A DNA stretch of 64,000 bases from an uncultured Trueperaceae bacterium (GTDB taxonomy: Bacteria; Deinococcota; Deinococci; Deinococcales; Trueperaceae). Location: the NCBI GenBank assembly GCA_963727505.1, contig CAVSGP010000004.1:384001-448000 (forward strand). Reading direction: 5' to 3'. The translations under genes and the position numbers were made by a program. Each line of letters starts with the position of its first letter. The first letter of the stretch is position 1. Below, one piece after another: positions 10,834-20,276 of this stretch. The notes beneath the pieces are model-generated. The model searched no databases. It was not told the origin of the DNA and was given only the letters and a program-made list of their open reading frames with translations.

Positions 10834-10949
10834 GGTCCTCTCTCCCTCGCTCCCCGTCGGTCCAGCCTGCTTCGCGACGACGCGCTCGATGCAACGTAGC
10901 CGCGGGAGCGCCGCGCGGGGGCGCCTCCCACCGAGGGGGACGCACCATT

Positions 10950-11600
10950 CTACGGCCCGAACAGGCGGGCCTGGGCAACCGGCGCGAACGTGCGGCGGTG
11001 CTCCGGGCAGGGCCCGAGCCGCGACAGCGCCGCGAGGTGCTCGGGGGAACCGTAGCCCTTGTGGGCCCCGAAGCCGTACGCCGGGTAACGACCGGCCAAG
11101 GCTCGCATCCGCTCGTCCCGGACCGTCTTGGCGAGGATGCTGGCGGCGGCCACCTGCAGGCTGCGGCCGTCGGCTCGGGGCACGGCGAGCTCCGCCAGCC
11201 CGGCGCCCAGTCTCAGGTAATCGGTCACCAGCGCACTCGGCACCACGGTGGCAGCCAGCCCTGCGACCGCCCGACGCGAGGCCAGGCGCGTGGCCTCCAG
11301 GATGTTGAGCCGGTCGATCTCCTCGGGACTGGCTTCCGCCACGCACCAGGCCAGCGCGCTGTCGCGCACCCGTAGCGCGAGCTCCTCACGCCGGCGGGGT
11401 GAGAGCACCTTCGAGTCGCGGAAGGGGTGCTCCCCCGGCGGCAGCACGACCGCGGCGGCCACCACCGGTCCGGCCAGCGCGCCACGGCCCGCCTCGTCGA
11501 CGCCGGCCACCGGCGTGTAGCCGCGCTGCCACAGCAGGGCCTCCAGGGACCACGAGGGGAGCGCGGCGGCGCGACGGTAGGCCGGCGGCGCCGTCGTCAC
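10950..11600 (-). CDS. rnhB: Ribonuclease HII
   Basis: [43 protein letters not shown] overlap with upstream kinase. Confidence 0.95.
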   Translation of the reverse strand: MTTAPPAYRRAAALPSWSLEALLWQRGYTPVAGVDEAGRGALAGPVVAAAVVLPPGEHPFRDSKVLSPRRREELALRVRDSALAWCVAEASPEEIDRLNILEATRLASRRAVAGLAATVVPSALVTDYLRLGAGLAELAVPRADGRSLQVAAASILAKTVRDERMRALAGRYPAYGFGAHKGYGSPEHLAALSRLGPCPEHRRTFAPVAQARLFGP

Positions 11601-12772
11601 ACGCTGCCGACGGCCACGCCGTCGTCGGTGGACGCCGGTACGTTCGCGGGGATGGTGAAGAAGAAGGTGCTGCCGCGCCCGACCTTCGACTCCACCCAGA
11701 TGCGGCCGCCGTGCTTCTCGACGGCGAGCTTGCAGAAGGTGAGGCCCATGCCGGTGTCGTAGCGGTCGTGAACGGTGTGGCGCGACTGCTCGAAGGCGTT
11801 GAAAACACGCTTCTGGTCGGCCTCGGGGATGCCCTCGCCGTCGTCGCGCACGCTGAGCACGAAGTCGTCGTCCTGCTTCCAGGCCCGGAAGTCGATGTAG
11901 CCGCCGCGGCGGGTGTGCTTGATGGCGTTCGCCATGAGGTTGGCCAGCACGCGCCGGAGCAGTTTGGGGTCGGCCTGCAGGCTCTCCGCCTCGGGGCGCA
12001 CCAGGAAGCCGAAGTTGCGATCGCGCGGTCCGCCGCTGACGTCGCCCAGCGACTCCTTCGCGAGGTCGGTGAGGCTGGAAATGGCCTGCGGCTCGAAGGG
12101 CATGTGCCCTTCCTTCATGCGCCGCACGTCGAGGATGTTCGCCGCGAGGTTCAGCAAGTGTTGCGACTCGCTGCGTGCCAGCCCCAGCAACTCCTCGATG
12201 CCCGTCTCACCGGGATCGGCCTTGATCATCTCCAGGCTGTGGTCGAGCAGCCCCATGACGCTCGCGATGGGGCTCTTGAGGTCGTGGACCAGCATGTGGA
12301 TGAGGTCGTCCTTGACGCGCTCGCTCTCCTTGTAGGCCTGTTCGAAGCTGCGGGAGTGCTCCAGCGTCTCGCGGAGCGTCCTCTCCATCTGGTGCCGGTC
12401 GAGCAGCCGCTCCAGGTGCGCCTTCACCACCTCGGGTCGGGTAGGCAGCGCCAGGTAGGCGTCGGCACCGGAGTGCATGACACCCGCATGCACCTGGGGG
12501 TCGGGGGGCCCGAGGTAGATGAAGGGCACCTCGGCCAGGGCCTTGCGCCGCCGCAGCAGCGCCACCAGGTCGAGCTGGGGCACCTTGGCCGCCAACCCAT
12601 GCTCGAGCACCAGCGCGGTCGGGACCGACACGCGCGTGTGGTAGAGAAGCTCCTCCACGTCGCTGAACATGGTGGCCGCCAGGCCCATCTCCGTGACCAC
12701 GCCCCGGAGCCCCTCACCACGCTCCTCGGTGGTCATGGCGACGAGCACGTAGGGCTGCTGGGCCACGGTCAT
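11597..12772 (-). CDS. Sensor histidine kinase with N-terminal degenerate receiver-like domain
   Basis: H-box HDLKSP, N-box [10 protein letters not shown]1 DDGEGI, G2 GMGL; TATGAT 7 nt upstream of ATG. Confidence 0.88.
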   Translation of the reverse strand: MTVAQQPYVLVAMTTEERGEGLRGVVTEMGLAATMFSDVEELLYHTRVSVPTALVLEHGLAAKVPQLDLVALLRRRKALAEVPFIYLGPPDPQVHAGVMHSGADAYLALPTRPEVVKAHLERLLDRHQMERTLRETLEHSRSFEQAYKESERVKDDLIHMLVHDLKSPIASVMGLLDHSLEMIKADPGETGIEELLGLARSESQHLLNLAANILDVRRMKEGHMPFEPQAISSLTDLAKESLGDVSGGPRDRNFGFLVRPEAESLQADPKLLRRVLANLMANAIKHTRRGGYIDFRAWKQDDDFVLSVRDDGEGIPEADQKRVFNAFEQSRHTVHDRYDTGMGLTFCKLAVEKHGGRIWVESKVGRGSTFFFTIPANVPASTDDGVAVGSV

Positions 12773-12892
12773 CGTGCAGATCATACCAGGGCACCGGCAC
12801 GTCCCCAGGGCGAAAACTTCGCGTCTGGCGCGAGCGCGCTCGCGCAGTCGCCAGCGCCCCGGAGCCGGCTCGGGGGACTGCTAGCATGAGGC

Positions 12893-15340
12893 GTGCTCCC
12901 CGCGGGCCTTCACTTGGGATTTCCCTGGGCGCTGCTGGCGTTGCCGCTGCTCCTGCTCCTGCCGCGGCGGCCCTGGTGGTGGCTGAGGGCACTGGGACTG
13001 GCGCTGCTGGTGGTGGCCCTGGCCCAGCCTTCGCTGCCCAAGGCAGGCGGGAGCCTCGCCGTGCTGGTCGACGTCTCCGACAGCGTCGGCAACGGCGCCC
13101 TGCAGGCCGTTCGGGCGCTCGATCGCCGCGGTGCGGCCGCCCGTCCCGAGGTCTTCTATCTCGCCGGCGACGCCGCCCGCGTGCCGACCCTGAGCGCCGA
13201 AGTGCCTTCGGTCCTCACGACCGGATCGACCGACCTGGCGCGCGCCCTGCAGGTGGCGGCGGCCTCGGGAGCGCGCCGGGCGCTCCTGGTGAGCGACGGC
13301 GTCCAGTCGAGTGGGAACGCCCTGGACGCCCTTCCCGACATCCCCATCGATACGCTGACGGTGCCCCGCCGGCCCAATGCGCGCCTGTCGCAGCTCCTCG
13401 CTCCCGACCAGGCGGCGCCCGGCCAGAAGGTCCAGGTCGTCGCCGTCGTCGACAGCGATCGTGCCGGCACCGTGACCCTGCGGCCGAGCGTCGACGGGCG
13501 CGTCCTCGATCCCATCACGAAGGACGTCGCCAAGGGACGCACCGCCATCCCGTTCAGTTTCCAGGTGGGCACCGACGCCTCCTCCGTGGAGGTCGATGCC
13601 TCGCTCGCCGCCGACTTCGCGCAGCCGACGGCCGACGACGCCCAGCGCACCGAGATCACGGTGCGGGCGAAGCCCCCCGTCCTGATCATCGGCGACCCCG
13701 CCCTCGCCAGGCTGCTCGGCGCGCAGGGCATCGACGTGCGCAACGGAACGGTCGCCGACATCAAGGCGCCGCTCGACGCCGGTGCCGTGGTGCTGCGCGG
13801 GAGCGCGGCCCAGTTCACCCCGGGCCAGCTCGTGTTCCTCAAGCAGTACGTGGAGAGCGGCGGCGGCCTCTGGATGACCGGAGGGCCGCACAGCTTCGGG
13901 CTCGGCGGCTGGTACCGCACACCGGTCGAGGACGTGCTCCCCGTCACCACCGACGTTCGCACCGAGGTCACCCTCCCGCAGGTGGCGATGGTCATCATCC
14001 TGGACCACTCCCAGTCGATGAGCGCGGGCTCGCCTTCGAAGCTGGAGCTCGCCAAGCGGGGGGCCGTCAAAGTGGTCGAGCTCGCCTACCAGGAGGACCT
14101 GATCGGCCTGATCGCCTTCAGCGACCCGTCGAGCACCAGCTGGGTGTTCCAGCTGCGCAAGGCGACCGAGCGGGGCAAACGCGAGATGCTGCAGGGCATC
14201 CTCGGCATCGCCACGGCCGGCGGCACCGTCCTCGGCCCCGCCTATACCGACGCCCTGGACGCGCTGCGCAAGGCGCGCGCCTCGGTCAAGCACATCATCA
14301 TCCTGTCCGACGGCAAGCTCTACGACGGGCAGGGACCGTTCAACAGCGGCCCCGCGACCGACTTCGGCGCGCTGGCGTCGCGCGCCCGCGCCGACGGCAT
14401 CACCACCTCCACCATCGCCATCGGCGACGCCGCCGATTTCCAGCGACTCGCGGCCATCGCGCAAGCGGGCGGCGGCCGGTACTACCAGGCGTTGGACGCC
14501 AACACGCTCCCGTCCATCTTCACCAACGAGGCGCTCACCGCCACGCGCAAGCTTCTGGTAGAAGATCCGACCGTACCGCAAGCCCGCCCCAACGCGCTGC
14601 TGCAGTTCCCCAACGCACTACCGCAGGTCGACGCCTACGTCGCGACCAGCCTCCGGCCGGACGCCCAGGGGCTGCTCGAGGGCAAGCGTCAGGAACCGAT
14701 CCTGGCCATCCGGCACGTCGGCCTGGGGCGCACGGCGGCGCTCACCACCGACCTCAACCAGTGGGCCGGGCCGTTCGGCGCGTGGCCGGGCCTGCCCGGC
14801 GATCTCGCGACCCTCACGCGCTGGCTCCAGGCGAGCCCGCTCGTGTACCAGGCGCGCGCGAAGCGCGACGGCAACGGATTGCAGGTCGTGGTGGACGCCG
14901 TCAAGGGCGGCCAGTACGTCAACAACAAGTCGCTCACGGCGCGTTTCGCCGGCAACGCCGCGACCATGGAACAGGTCGCCCCGGGCCGCTACCAGGCCCG
15001 TCTCCCCTATGGTGCCGGGAGTCGCGGTGACGTGGTGGTCTCCGAAGGCTCCGAGGTGGTTGCCCGGGCCGGCGTCGGCGGCCCCGACCCGGAGTTCACC
15101 GACACCGATGGGACCGCTCTGCTGGCCGAGATCGCGCAGCGCACGGGCGGCAACGTGGTGACGCCCTCCGAGGTCTACGCGCCGTCGGTGGGCGGTGGCC
15201 GCTTGCCGCTGTGGCCTCCGTTGACCATGGCGGCGGCGCTGCTGTTCCTGCTGGAGCTGCTGGCTCGGCGGTTGGGACCGCGGGCCGAGCGCCGCGACGG
15301 CCGACGCAAACGCGGCGCGCAGGGCGCCGCGTCGGACTGA
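12893..15340 (+). CDS. Membrane-anchored VWA-domain protein with GATase-like domain
   Basis: MIDAS motifs DVSDS and DHSQS, LSDG, GGGLWMTGGPHSFGLGGW; N- and C-terminal TM segments. Confidence 0.85.
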   Translation: MLPAGLHLGFPWALLALPLLLLLPRRPWWWLRALGLALLVVALAQPSLPKAGGSLAVLVDVSDSVGNGALQAVRALDRRGAAARPEVFYLAGDAARVPTLSAEVPSVLTTGSTDLARALQVAAASGARRALLVSDGVQSSGNALDALPDIPIDTLTVPRRPNARLSQLLAPDQAAPGQKVQVVAVVDSDRAGTVTLRPSVDGRVLDPITKDVAKGRTAIPFSFQVGTDASSVEVDASLAADFAQPTADDAQRTEITVRAKPPVLIIGDPALARLLGAQGIDVRNGTVADIKAPLDAGAVVLRGSAAQFTPGQLVFLKQYVESGGGLWMTGGPHSFGLGGWYRTPVEDVLPVTTDVRTEVTLPQVAMVIILDHSQSMSAGSPSKLELAKRGAVKVVELAYQEDLIGLIAFSDPSSTSWVFQLRKATERGKREMLQGILGIATAGGTVLGPAYTDALDALRKARASVKHIIILSDGKLYDGQGPFNSGPATDFGALASRARADGITTSTIAIGDAADFQRLAAIAQAGGGRYYQALDANTLPSIFTNEALTATRKLLVEDPTVPQARPNALLQFPNALPQVDAYVATSLRPDAQGLLEGKRQEPILAIRHVGLGRTAALTTDLNQWAGPFGAWPGLPGDLATLTRWLQASPLVYQARAKRDGNGLQVVVDAVKGGQYVNNKSLTARFAGNAATMEQVAPGRYQARLPYGAGSRGDVVVSEGSEVVARAGVGGPDPEFTDTDGTALLAEIAQRTGGNVVTPSEVYAPSVGGGRLPLWPPLTMAAALLFLLELLARRLGPRAERRDGRRKRGAQGAASD

Positions 15341-15364
15341 CCTGCGCCGCGACCGGCCCTTCGC

Positions 15365-16510
15365 TCAGGCGTCTCGCTCGTCATCGTCCCCAGCTCCCTC
15401 ATCTTCCGCTCCCTCGTCCCCAGCGGCGCCGCCACCCGGTTCAACCGGGGCGTCCACGTCGACTTTCATCAGCTCACGCAGCACCACCGTGGCGTAACTC
15501 CCCTTGGGGAGCAGGAAGGCCACGGCGAGTGCGCCGTCGTCCTCCCGAACATCGACCTCTTCGAGCACCAACCGGCTCGGACGGCGGTCGCCCCGACGGG
15601 AGCCGAAGGCGCTCCAACGCAACCCGAAATGCTCCAGGATGCGGGCCTCCAGCGCGCCGGCCTCGTCCTCGGAGAGGCGGACACGGCGCCCGTAGAGCGG
15701 CAGCGTGGCGCTGATCTCCAGACGGGCCGCTCGCGCGGACTCCAGCGCCCCATCCTCGACCCGGAACACGCCGCCGGTATCGTGCTTGCGCGCCCAGTCT
15801 CCGGTGATCACGCTGCGGTACAGCCCGCCCTCGATGCGTTCGGCCAACATGGCATTGAACAGCAGCGATTGGAGCGCCGACACGAAGAACCGGCGCAGCC
15901 GATGCCCCCCGGGCACGCGCTCGCCGCGAAGCACCCGCAGCCCGTCGACGGCATTGTTGCCGAAGCGGCCGAAGCGTTGCGGCCCGAAGTAGTTGGGAGC
16001 GCCACGCTCGGCCAGCGCCTGCAATACGGCGCGCGCCCGCTCCGGCGCCACCGCGGCATCGTCGACGTCACGGATCGTCACGACGAAGCGGTTGCCCCGC
16101 AAGTGACCGATGCCGAGCTTGTTGCGATGGTAGGCGCGCTCCAGCACACGGACCCCCGGCAACGCCTCGAGGGCGGCCGCTGCCGCTTCGCCGCGCTTGG
16201 GGATGCTGATCCACTGCACGGTCACGGCACTCTTGTCCTTCAACCCGGCCACGCCGATCTCGTTCTCGCGCAAGCCGTGACGCATCAGCGCGGCGACCAG
16301 ATCGCGCGTGGTGAGGTTGCGCTTCTCGACCCTCAGGTAGAGGTGCGACCCGCTGCCCTGCGGCAGATAGGCGGGCACCTCCTCGACACGGAAGTCGTCG
16401 GGGCGTTGCCGGATGCGCCCCCCGGTGCCGGGCAAGTCCTCGGTCACGCTCGGAAGTTCGTGCCATCGGAAGCGCAAGCGAACGGGATCGACCGGCGGGA
16501 GCTCGCTCAC
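15365..16510 (-). CDS. truD: tRNA pseudouridine(13) synthase
   Basis: DFRVEE, GLKDKSAVTVQW, GNRF, NYFGPQRFG, LPKGSYAT; GTGA overlap with upstream gene. Confidence 0.93.
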   Translation of the reverse strand: MSELPPVDPVRLRFRWHELPSVTEDLPGTGGRIRQRPDDFRVEEVPAYLPQGSGSHLYLRVEKRNLTTRDLVAALMRHGLRENEIGVAGLKDKSAVTVQWISIPKRGEAAAAALEALPGVRVLERAYHRNKLGIGHLRGNRFVVTIRDVDDAAVAPERARAVLQALAERGAPNYFGPQRFGRFGNNAVDGLRVLRGERVPGGHRLRRFFVSALQSLLFNAMLAERIEGGLYRSVITGDWARKHDTGGVFRVEDGALESARAARLEISATLPLYGRRVRLSEDEAGALEARILEHFGLRWSAFGSRRGDRRPSRLVLEEVDVREDDGALAVAFLLPKGSYATVVLRELMKVDVDAPVEPGGGAAGDEGAEDEGAGDDDERDA

Positions 16511-17151
16511 GCTTCCCTGCCGGAGGCGGCGCTGAGCTGCTCGCCCATCATCTTGCGGGCGAGCTCGAAGCGCTCGCGCAGTGATTCCGCCTCGAGCAGC
16601 ACCTGGCGCGACGCCAGCGGTACACGCATGTTGGCGCACACGAACGATGCCTGGTAGAGCGGCTCCTCCGGAAGATTGGCCTCGACCTGTGCCACCGCGC
16701 CGTCGGCGAAGTACGCCGACGCGTACTCGCGGAAGGTGTCGAGCGCGTCCCAGGCCGCTACCTGCTCCTGGTTCGGGTCGTCGCGTCCGATCGGCGTCGG
16801 AACGTCGTCCAAGAAGAACAGCGGTCGGTGGCCGCCGTCCACCTCCTGCACGTCCTCGCGCCGCAGCACGTCGACCCGGCAGCGCTCCTGGCCATGCACC
16901 AGAAGATCGAAGGTGCCGTCTGCGTTCTCCTGCACGCTCAGGATGTCGACCAGCGCCCCCATGTCGGCGATCCCGACCGGCGTGTCACGGATCGGTGCGT
17001 TGTGCGTGACCAGCACCACCACGAAGCGCTTGTGCTCCTGCTCCAAGCAGAAGCGCACCAGACGCTTGTAGCGTTCCTCGAAGACGTGGATCGGCACGGT
17101 CATGCCGGGGAACACCACGGCCTCGAGCGGGAACAGCGGGACCTCGGCCAC
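16507..17151 (-). CDS. Stand-alone Lon protease N-terminal (substrate-binding) domain protein
   Basis: VPLFPLEAVVFPGMTVPIHVFEERYK; TACCGT 7 nt upstream of GTG. Confidence 0.85.
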   Translation of the reverse strand: MAEVPLFPLEAVVFPGMTVPIHVFEERYKRLVRFCLEQEHKRFVVVLVTHNAPIRDTPVGIADMGALVDILSVQENADGTFDLLVHGQERCRVDVLRREDVQEVDGGHRPLFFLDDVPTPIGRDDPNQEQVAAWDALDTFREYASAYFADGAVAQVEANLPEEPLYQASFVCANMRVPLASRQVLLEAESLRERFELARKMMGEQLSAASGREA

Positions 17152-17220
17152 GCCTGCTACGGTAACAGGTCCGCTCGGCAGCACCGTTCCCCGGCACCCG
17201 GTCGCGCGGGGGTCGCGGGT

Positions 17221-18093
17221 TCAGCCGTGCAGAGCCAGACCGCCGACGATGCCGAGCAGGATCAGGAGTCCCACCACGAGGTTGGCGTTGAACGACCGCA
17301 GCACTACCGCGGGATCGAGCCTGCGTACCGCCACCTGCTCGTAGATCAGCACCGCAGCGGTAGCCGCGAGCGCCAGGCCGTAAGGCCATCCCAGATCGAC
17401 CCACAGCAACACGGCGGCCAGCGCCAGGAAGCTCACCAGGTGCGCTCCGGCCGACACCGCGAGGGCTCGCCGCACGCCGAAGCGCGCCGGGATGCTGTGC
17501 AAGCCCGCGCTTCGGTCGAACGACAGGTCGAGCACGCCGTAGATGATGTCGAAGCCGGCGATCCAGGTGCCCACGGCCAGCCACAGGGCCACGGCGGTGT
17601 AGGAGAACGCACCCGTCACCGCGATCCACCCGCCGGCGGCCGCAGCGCCGATGGTGGCGCCGAGCCAGAAGTGGCACAGCCAGGTGAAGCGCTTGAGGTA
17701 GGGGTAGACGACCAGGAAGGCCACGGCGAGCGGCAACAGCGCCAACGTCAGAGGGTTGAGGAGCGCCCCCGCCACCGCCAGCAGCCCCAACCCCATCGCA
17801 GCCAGCACCAGCCCGTCGCGACGCGTGAGCCTGCCGGCCGGGATCTCACGGTCGCTCGTCCGGGGGTTCTTGGCATCGATGCGTGCGTCGATGACGCGGT
17901 TCAGGGCCATGGCGGCGCTGCGTGCACCGATCATCGCCAGACTCACCAGGACGAACACACGCCAACCGGGCCAGCCGTCTGCCGCCAGCAGCATGCCGCC
18001 GTAAGCGAACGGCAGGGCGAAGAGGGTGTGCTCGAACTTGACGAAGGCGAGGTAGCGGCCCAGGGACCGCGTGCCGGGAGTCTCGCGTGTCAC
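17221..18093 (-). CDS. mqnP: UbiA-family polyprenyltransferase of the futalosine menaquinone route
   Basis: KFEHTLFALPFAY, ARSAAMALNRVIDARIDAKNPRT..REIP, GFDIIY. Confidence 0.85.
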   Translation of the reverse strand: MTRETPGTRSLGRYLAFVKFEHTLFALPFAYGGMLLAADGWPGWRVFVLVSLAMIGARSAAMALNRVIDARIDAKNPRTSDREIPAGRLTRRDGLVLAAMGLGLLAVAGALLNPLTLALLPLAVAFLVVYPYLKRFTWLCHFWLGATIGAAAAGGWIAVTGAFSYTAVALWLAVGTWIAGFDIIYGVLDLSFDRSAGLHSIPARFGVRRALAVSAGAHLVSFLALAAVLLWVDLGWPYGLALAATAAVLIYEQVAVRRLDPAVVLRSFNANLVVGLLILLGIVGGLALHG

Positions 18094-18144
18094 GCCAAAG
18101 AGGCTACCACGCGTGCAACGCCGCGAGCGTCCCCGGGCAGCGCG

Positions 18145-19560
18145 TCAGTGCTGCTTGGACGCTTCCTTGACCGCGTGGGTGCTGAAGCCGAAGGACGGCA
18201 GGTCAGGCTGCGCCGAGCCCTGCAGCACCGCGCGCGCCAGCCGACCGAGGGTCGTACCGCCGGTGTGAACGGGCATGGCCAGGCGCTGCTGCACTTCCCC
18301 CAGCGTGGTGTCGTCGAGGAAGGACTCGGTGCCGTACTTGAGCATGTTGGGCGAGAGGAGCAGGAGGTCGGCCTCGCGCGGCTCCACGGCGGCAAGGAGA
18401 TCCCGGCCGGCCAGCAGACCCGCCACCGTAGTGACCTCACCGAAGGTGCGGTTGGTCACCGTGCGCACCTCGAGATCGAGCCCTGGGATGGCGGCCAGCG
18501 GCGCGACCGCCCTGCTGAGCACGGGCGCGAAGAGGCGCCCCGTCGCGAGCACCACACGCCGTGGCGGATCGACGCGGTCGGGAAGTGCCGGTAGGCCCTC
18601 GTCCAGGAAGTCGCGCACCATGCCGATGCCGTTCTCCAGCATGGGGAACCCCTCGTAGGCGTCGGTGTCGGGCAACGGGACGCCGGCGCGCAGGTAGAAC
18701 TCGTCGCTGGCGAACACGAAGCGGGTGCCGCGCTCCGCGAGCATGCGCTGCTGGAAGGCATGGACCCGGCGCAGCACGTCCGCCGCCTGCTCGGGCGTGT
18801 GCGGCTCGAGCCGCGGCAGATGGTCGCGGTGCGCGGTCAGGCCGACGGGCACGGCAGCCACCGCCTGCACGTTAGGCCTGCCGGCGAGGTACTCCAGGGT
18901 GGACTGGAGATCCTCCTCGTCGTTGCGCCCCGGCAGCACCACCATCTGGGTGTAGAGGTCGATGGGCGCCAGACGCTCCATCATGGCGCGGAGGTGCAGC
19001 GCACCGGGGTGCGGCACCTTGTGCGGCCACGGCTTCATGAGACCGTCGCGCATGGCCTCGTCGGCACTGTGCACCGAGACGTACAGGGGGCTCAAGTGCT
19101 CGTCGAGGATGCGCTGGACGTCGTGCTCGGTGAGATTGGTCAGCGTCACGAACGAGCCATAGAGGAAGCTCGTGCGGAAGTCGTCGTCCATGATGTAGAG
19201 GCTCTTGCGCATGCCCTTGGGCATCTGGTGGATGTAGCAGAAGTCGCACTTGTTCGCGCACAGCCGGATGCCGTCGAAGATGACCTCGTCGAACTCGAGG
19301 CCGGGGTCCTCCCAGGACACATCGAAGGTGCTCACCCGGCCGCTCGTCGGCTCGCGCACCTCGACCGCGACGTCACCGCGCTCCAGCTCACGCCGGTACG
19401 CAAGCACGTCGGGGATGGCGCAGCCGTTGACGCGCAGCAGCTCCCAACCCGAGCGCACGCCCGCACGTTCCGCTGGCGAGCCCGGCTCGACCCGGACGAT
19501 CGCGGCCGGCGTGACCTCGAGGGGGCGGGGGGACTTGCGGCTGAGCACGACCTTCGGCAT
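18145..19560 (-). CDS. PDZ + radical SAM + DUF512 Fe-S protein
   Basis: N-terminal GSPAERAG, CANKCDFC (CxxxCxxC), FVTLTN, ENGIG, TVAGLL. Confidence 0.88.
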   Translation of the reverse strand: MPKVVLSRKSPRPLEVTPAAIVRVEPGSPAERAGVRSGWELLRVNGCAIPDVLAYRRELERGDVAVEVREPTSGRVSTFDVSWEDPGLEFDEVIFDGIRLCANKCDFCYIHQMPKGMRKSLYIMDDDFRTSFLYGSFVTLTNLTEHDVQRILDEHLSPLYVSVHSADEAMRDGLMKPWPHKVPHPGALHLRAMMERLAPIDLYTQMVVLPGRNDEEDLQSTLEYLAGRPNVQAVAAVPVGLTAHRDHLPRLEPHTPEQAADVLRRVHAFQQRMLAERGTRFVFASDEFYLRAGVPLPDTDAYEGFPMLENGIGMVRDFLDEGLPALPDRVDPPRRVVLATGRLFAPVLSRAVAPLAAIPGLDLEVRTVTNRTFGEVTTVAGLLAGRDLLAAVEPREADLLLLSPNMLKYGTESFLDDTTLGEVQQRLAMPVHTGGTTLGRLARAVLQGSAQPDLPSFGFSTHAVKEASKQH

Positions 19561-19618
19561 GACCGGTCATTCTAGCAGACGGCCTCGCGGGCCGGCGTCG
19601 CTGGGAGCGCGCAGGCGC

Positions 19619-20095
19619 CTACATGGCCTCGTCGGCGCTCTCGCCCGCGTCAGGGCGGTGGGAACGCGACGTGTCCGGCACGATGAAGCCATGGACCGGC
19701 GGCATCCCCTCGAAGCGCACGAAGCGGCCCTCATCGAAACGCTCGCCGCCGTCGTCCATCGCCGCGATGACCAGGGGTACGCCGCAATCGACGACGGTAA
19801 GGCGCCCCTCCCCCCCGATCACGCGACCGGCGCCGCGCAGCTCACCGAGCCCTGTCACCTCCAGCTCCACGTCCTCTCCCTCGGCCTCGGCGAGCCGTTC
19901 GACCATGGGGTTGAGGATGACGCGGTACGTCCCCGGTCCGGCGAGGTAGGGGCCGGTGCGATCGAGGAGCTGAAGGATCACCCCGTCGGCCATGCACTCG
20001 AGCAACGGCGAACCCTCGGTCCGCGCGAACAGCTGGACCTCGGCGGCGAACGCACGCCAGCGTTGGATGAACGCCTCGGGGGAGTCTTCGATCAT
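19619..20095 (-). CDS. Hypothetical protein
   Basis: 158 aa acidic, protein-like ORF with TAGAAT upstream; no family recognised. Confidence 0.7.
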   Translation of the reverse strand: MIEDSPEAFIQRWRAFAAEVQLFARTEGSPLLECMADGVILQLLDRTGPYLAGPGTYRVILNPMVERLAEAEGEDVELEVTGLGELRGAGRVIGGEGRLTVVDCGVPLVIAAMDDGGERFDEGRFVRFEGMPPVHGFIVPDTSRSHRPDAGESADEAM

Positions 20096-20178
20096 GCCGT
20101 CGGCATTCTACCGCTGCAGCGGCGGTCCTTCGCTCCGCGGCGTCGCCACGCACGGCCGGTCGCGCTCGGCCGCCGCCG

Positions 20179-20187
20179 TGCTAAACT
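20179..20187 (+). promoter_or_regulatory. Extended -10 promoter element TGcTAAACT
   Basis: Matches TGnTAnnnT, the same pattern as at many leaderless starts in this window. Confidence 0.6.
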
Positions 20188-20194
20188 CGTTTCC

Positions 20195-20227
20195 GTGAAG
20201 CGACCGTTCACGAAGGCGCATTCATGA
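20195..20227 (+). CDS. Putative leaderless leader peptide MKRPFTKAHS
   Basis: GTG 7 nt after the -10 box; its TGA abuts the 5' arm of the terminator. Confidence 0.4.
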   Translation: MKRPFTKAHS

Positions 20228-20260
20228 ACTCCGTTCGGGTCCGGGTGAACGGAGTTTTTT
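20227..20260 (+). terminator. Intrinsic terminator/attenuator in the 5' leader of the zinc-ribbon gene
   Basis: AACTCCGTTC (20227-36) pairs with GAACGGAGTT (20247-56), followed by TTTTATTGT. Confidence 0.8.
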
Positions 20261-20276
20261 ATTGTCTGGAGGCGGC

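Noticed and set aside
12881..15030. Long alternative-frame and antisense ORFs (also 25531-27630, 36038-37939, 50047-51990 and similar)
   Set aside because: Stop-poor shadow frames expected at this GC content; no motifs, and they overlap well-supported genes.
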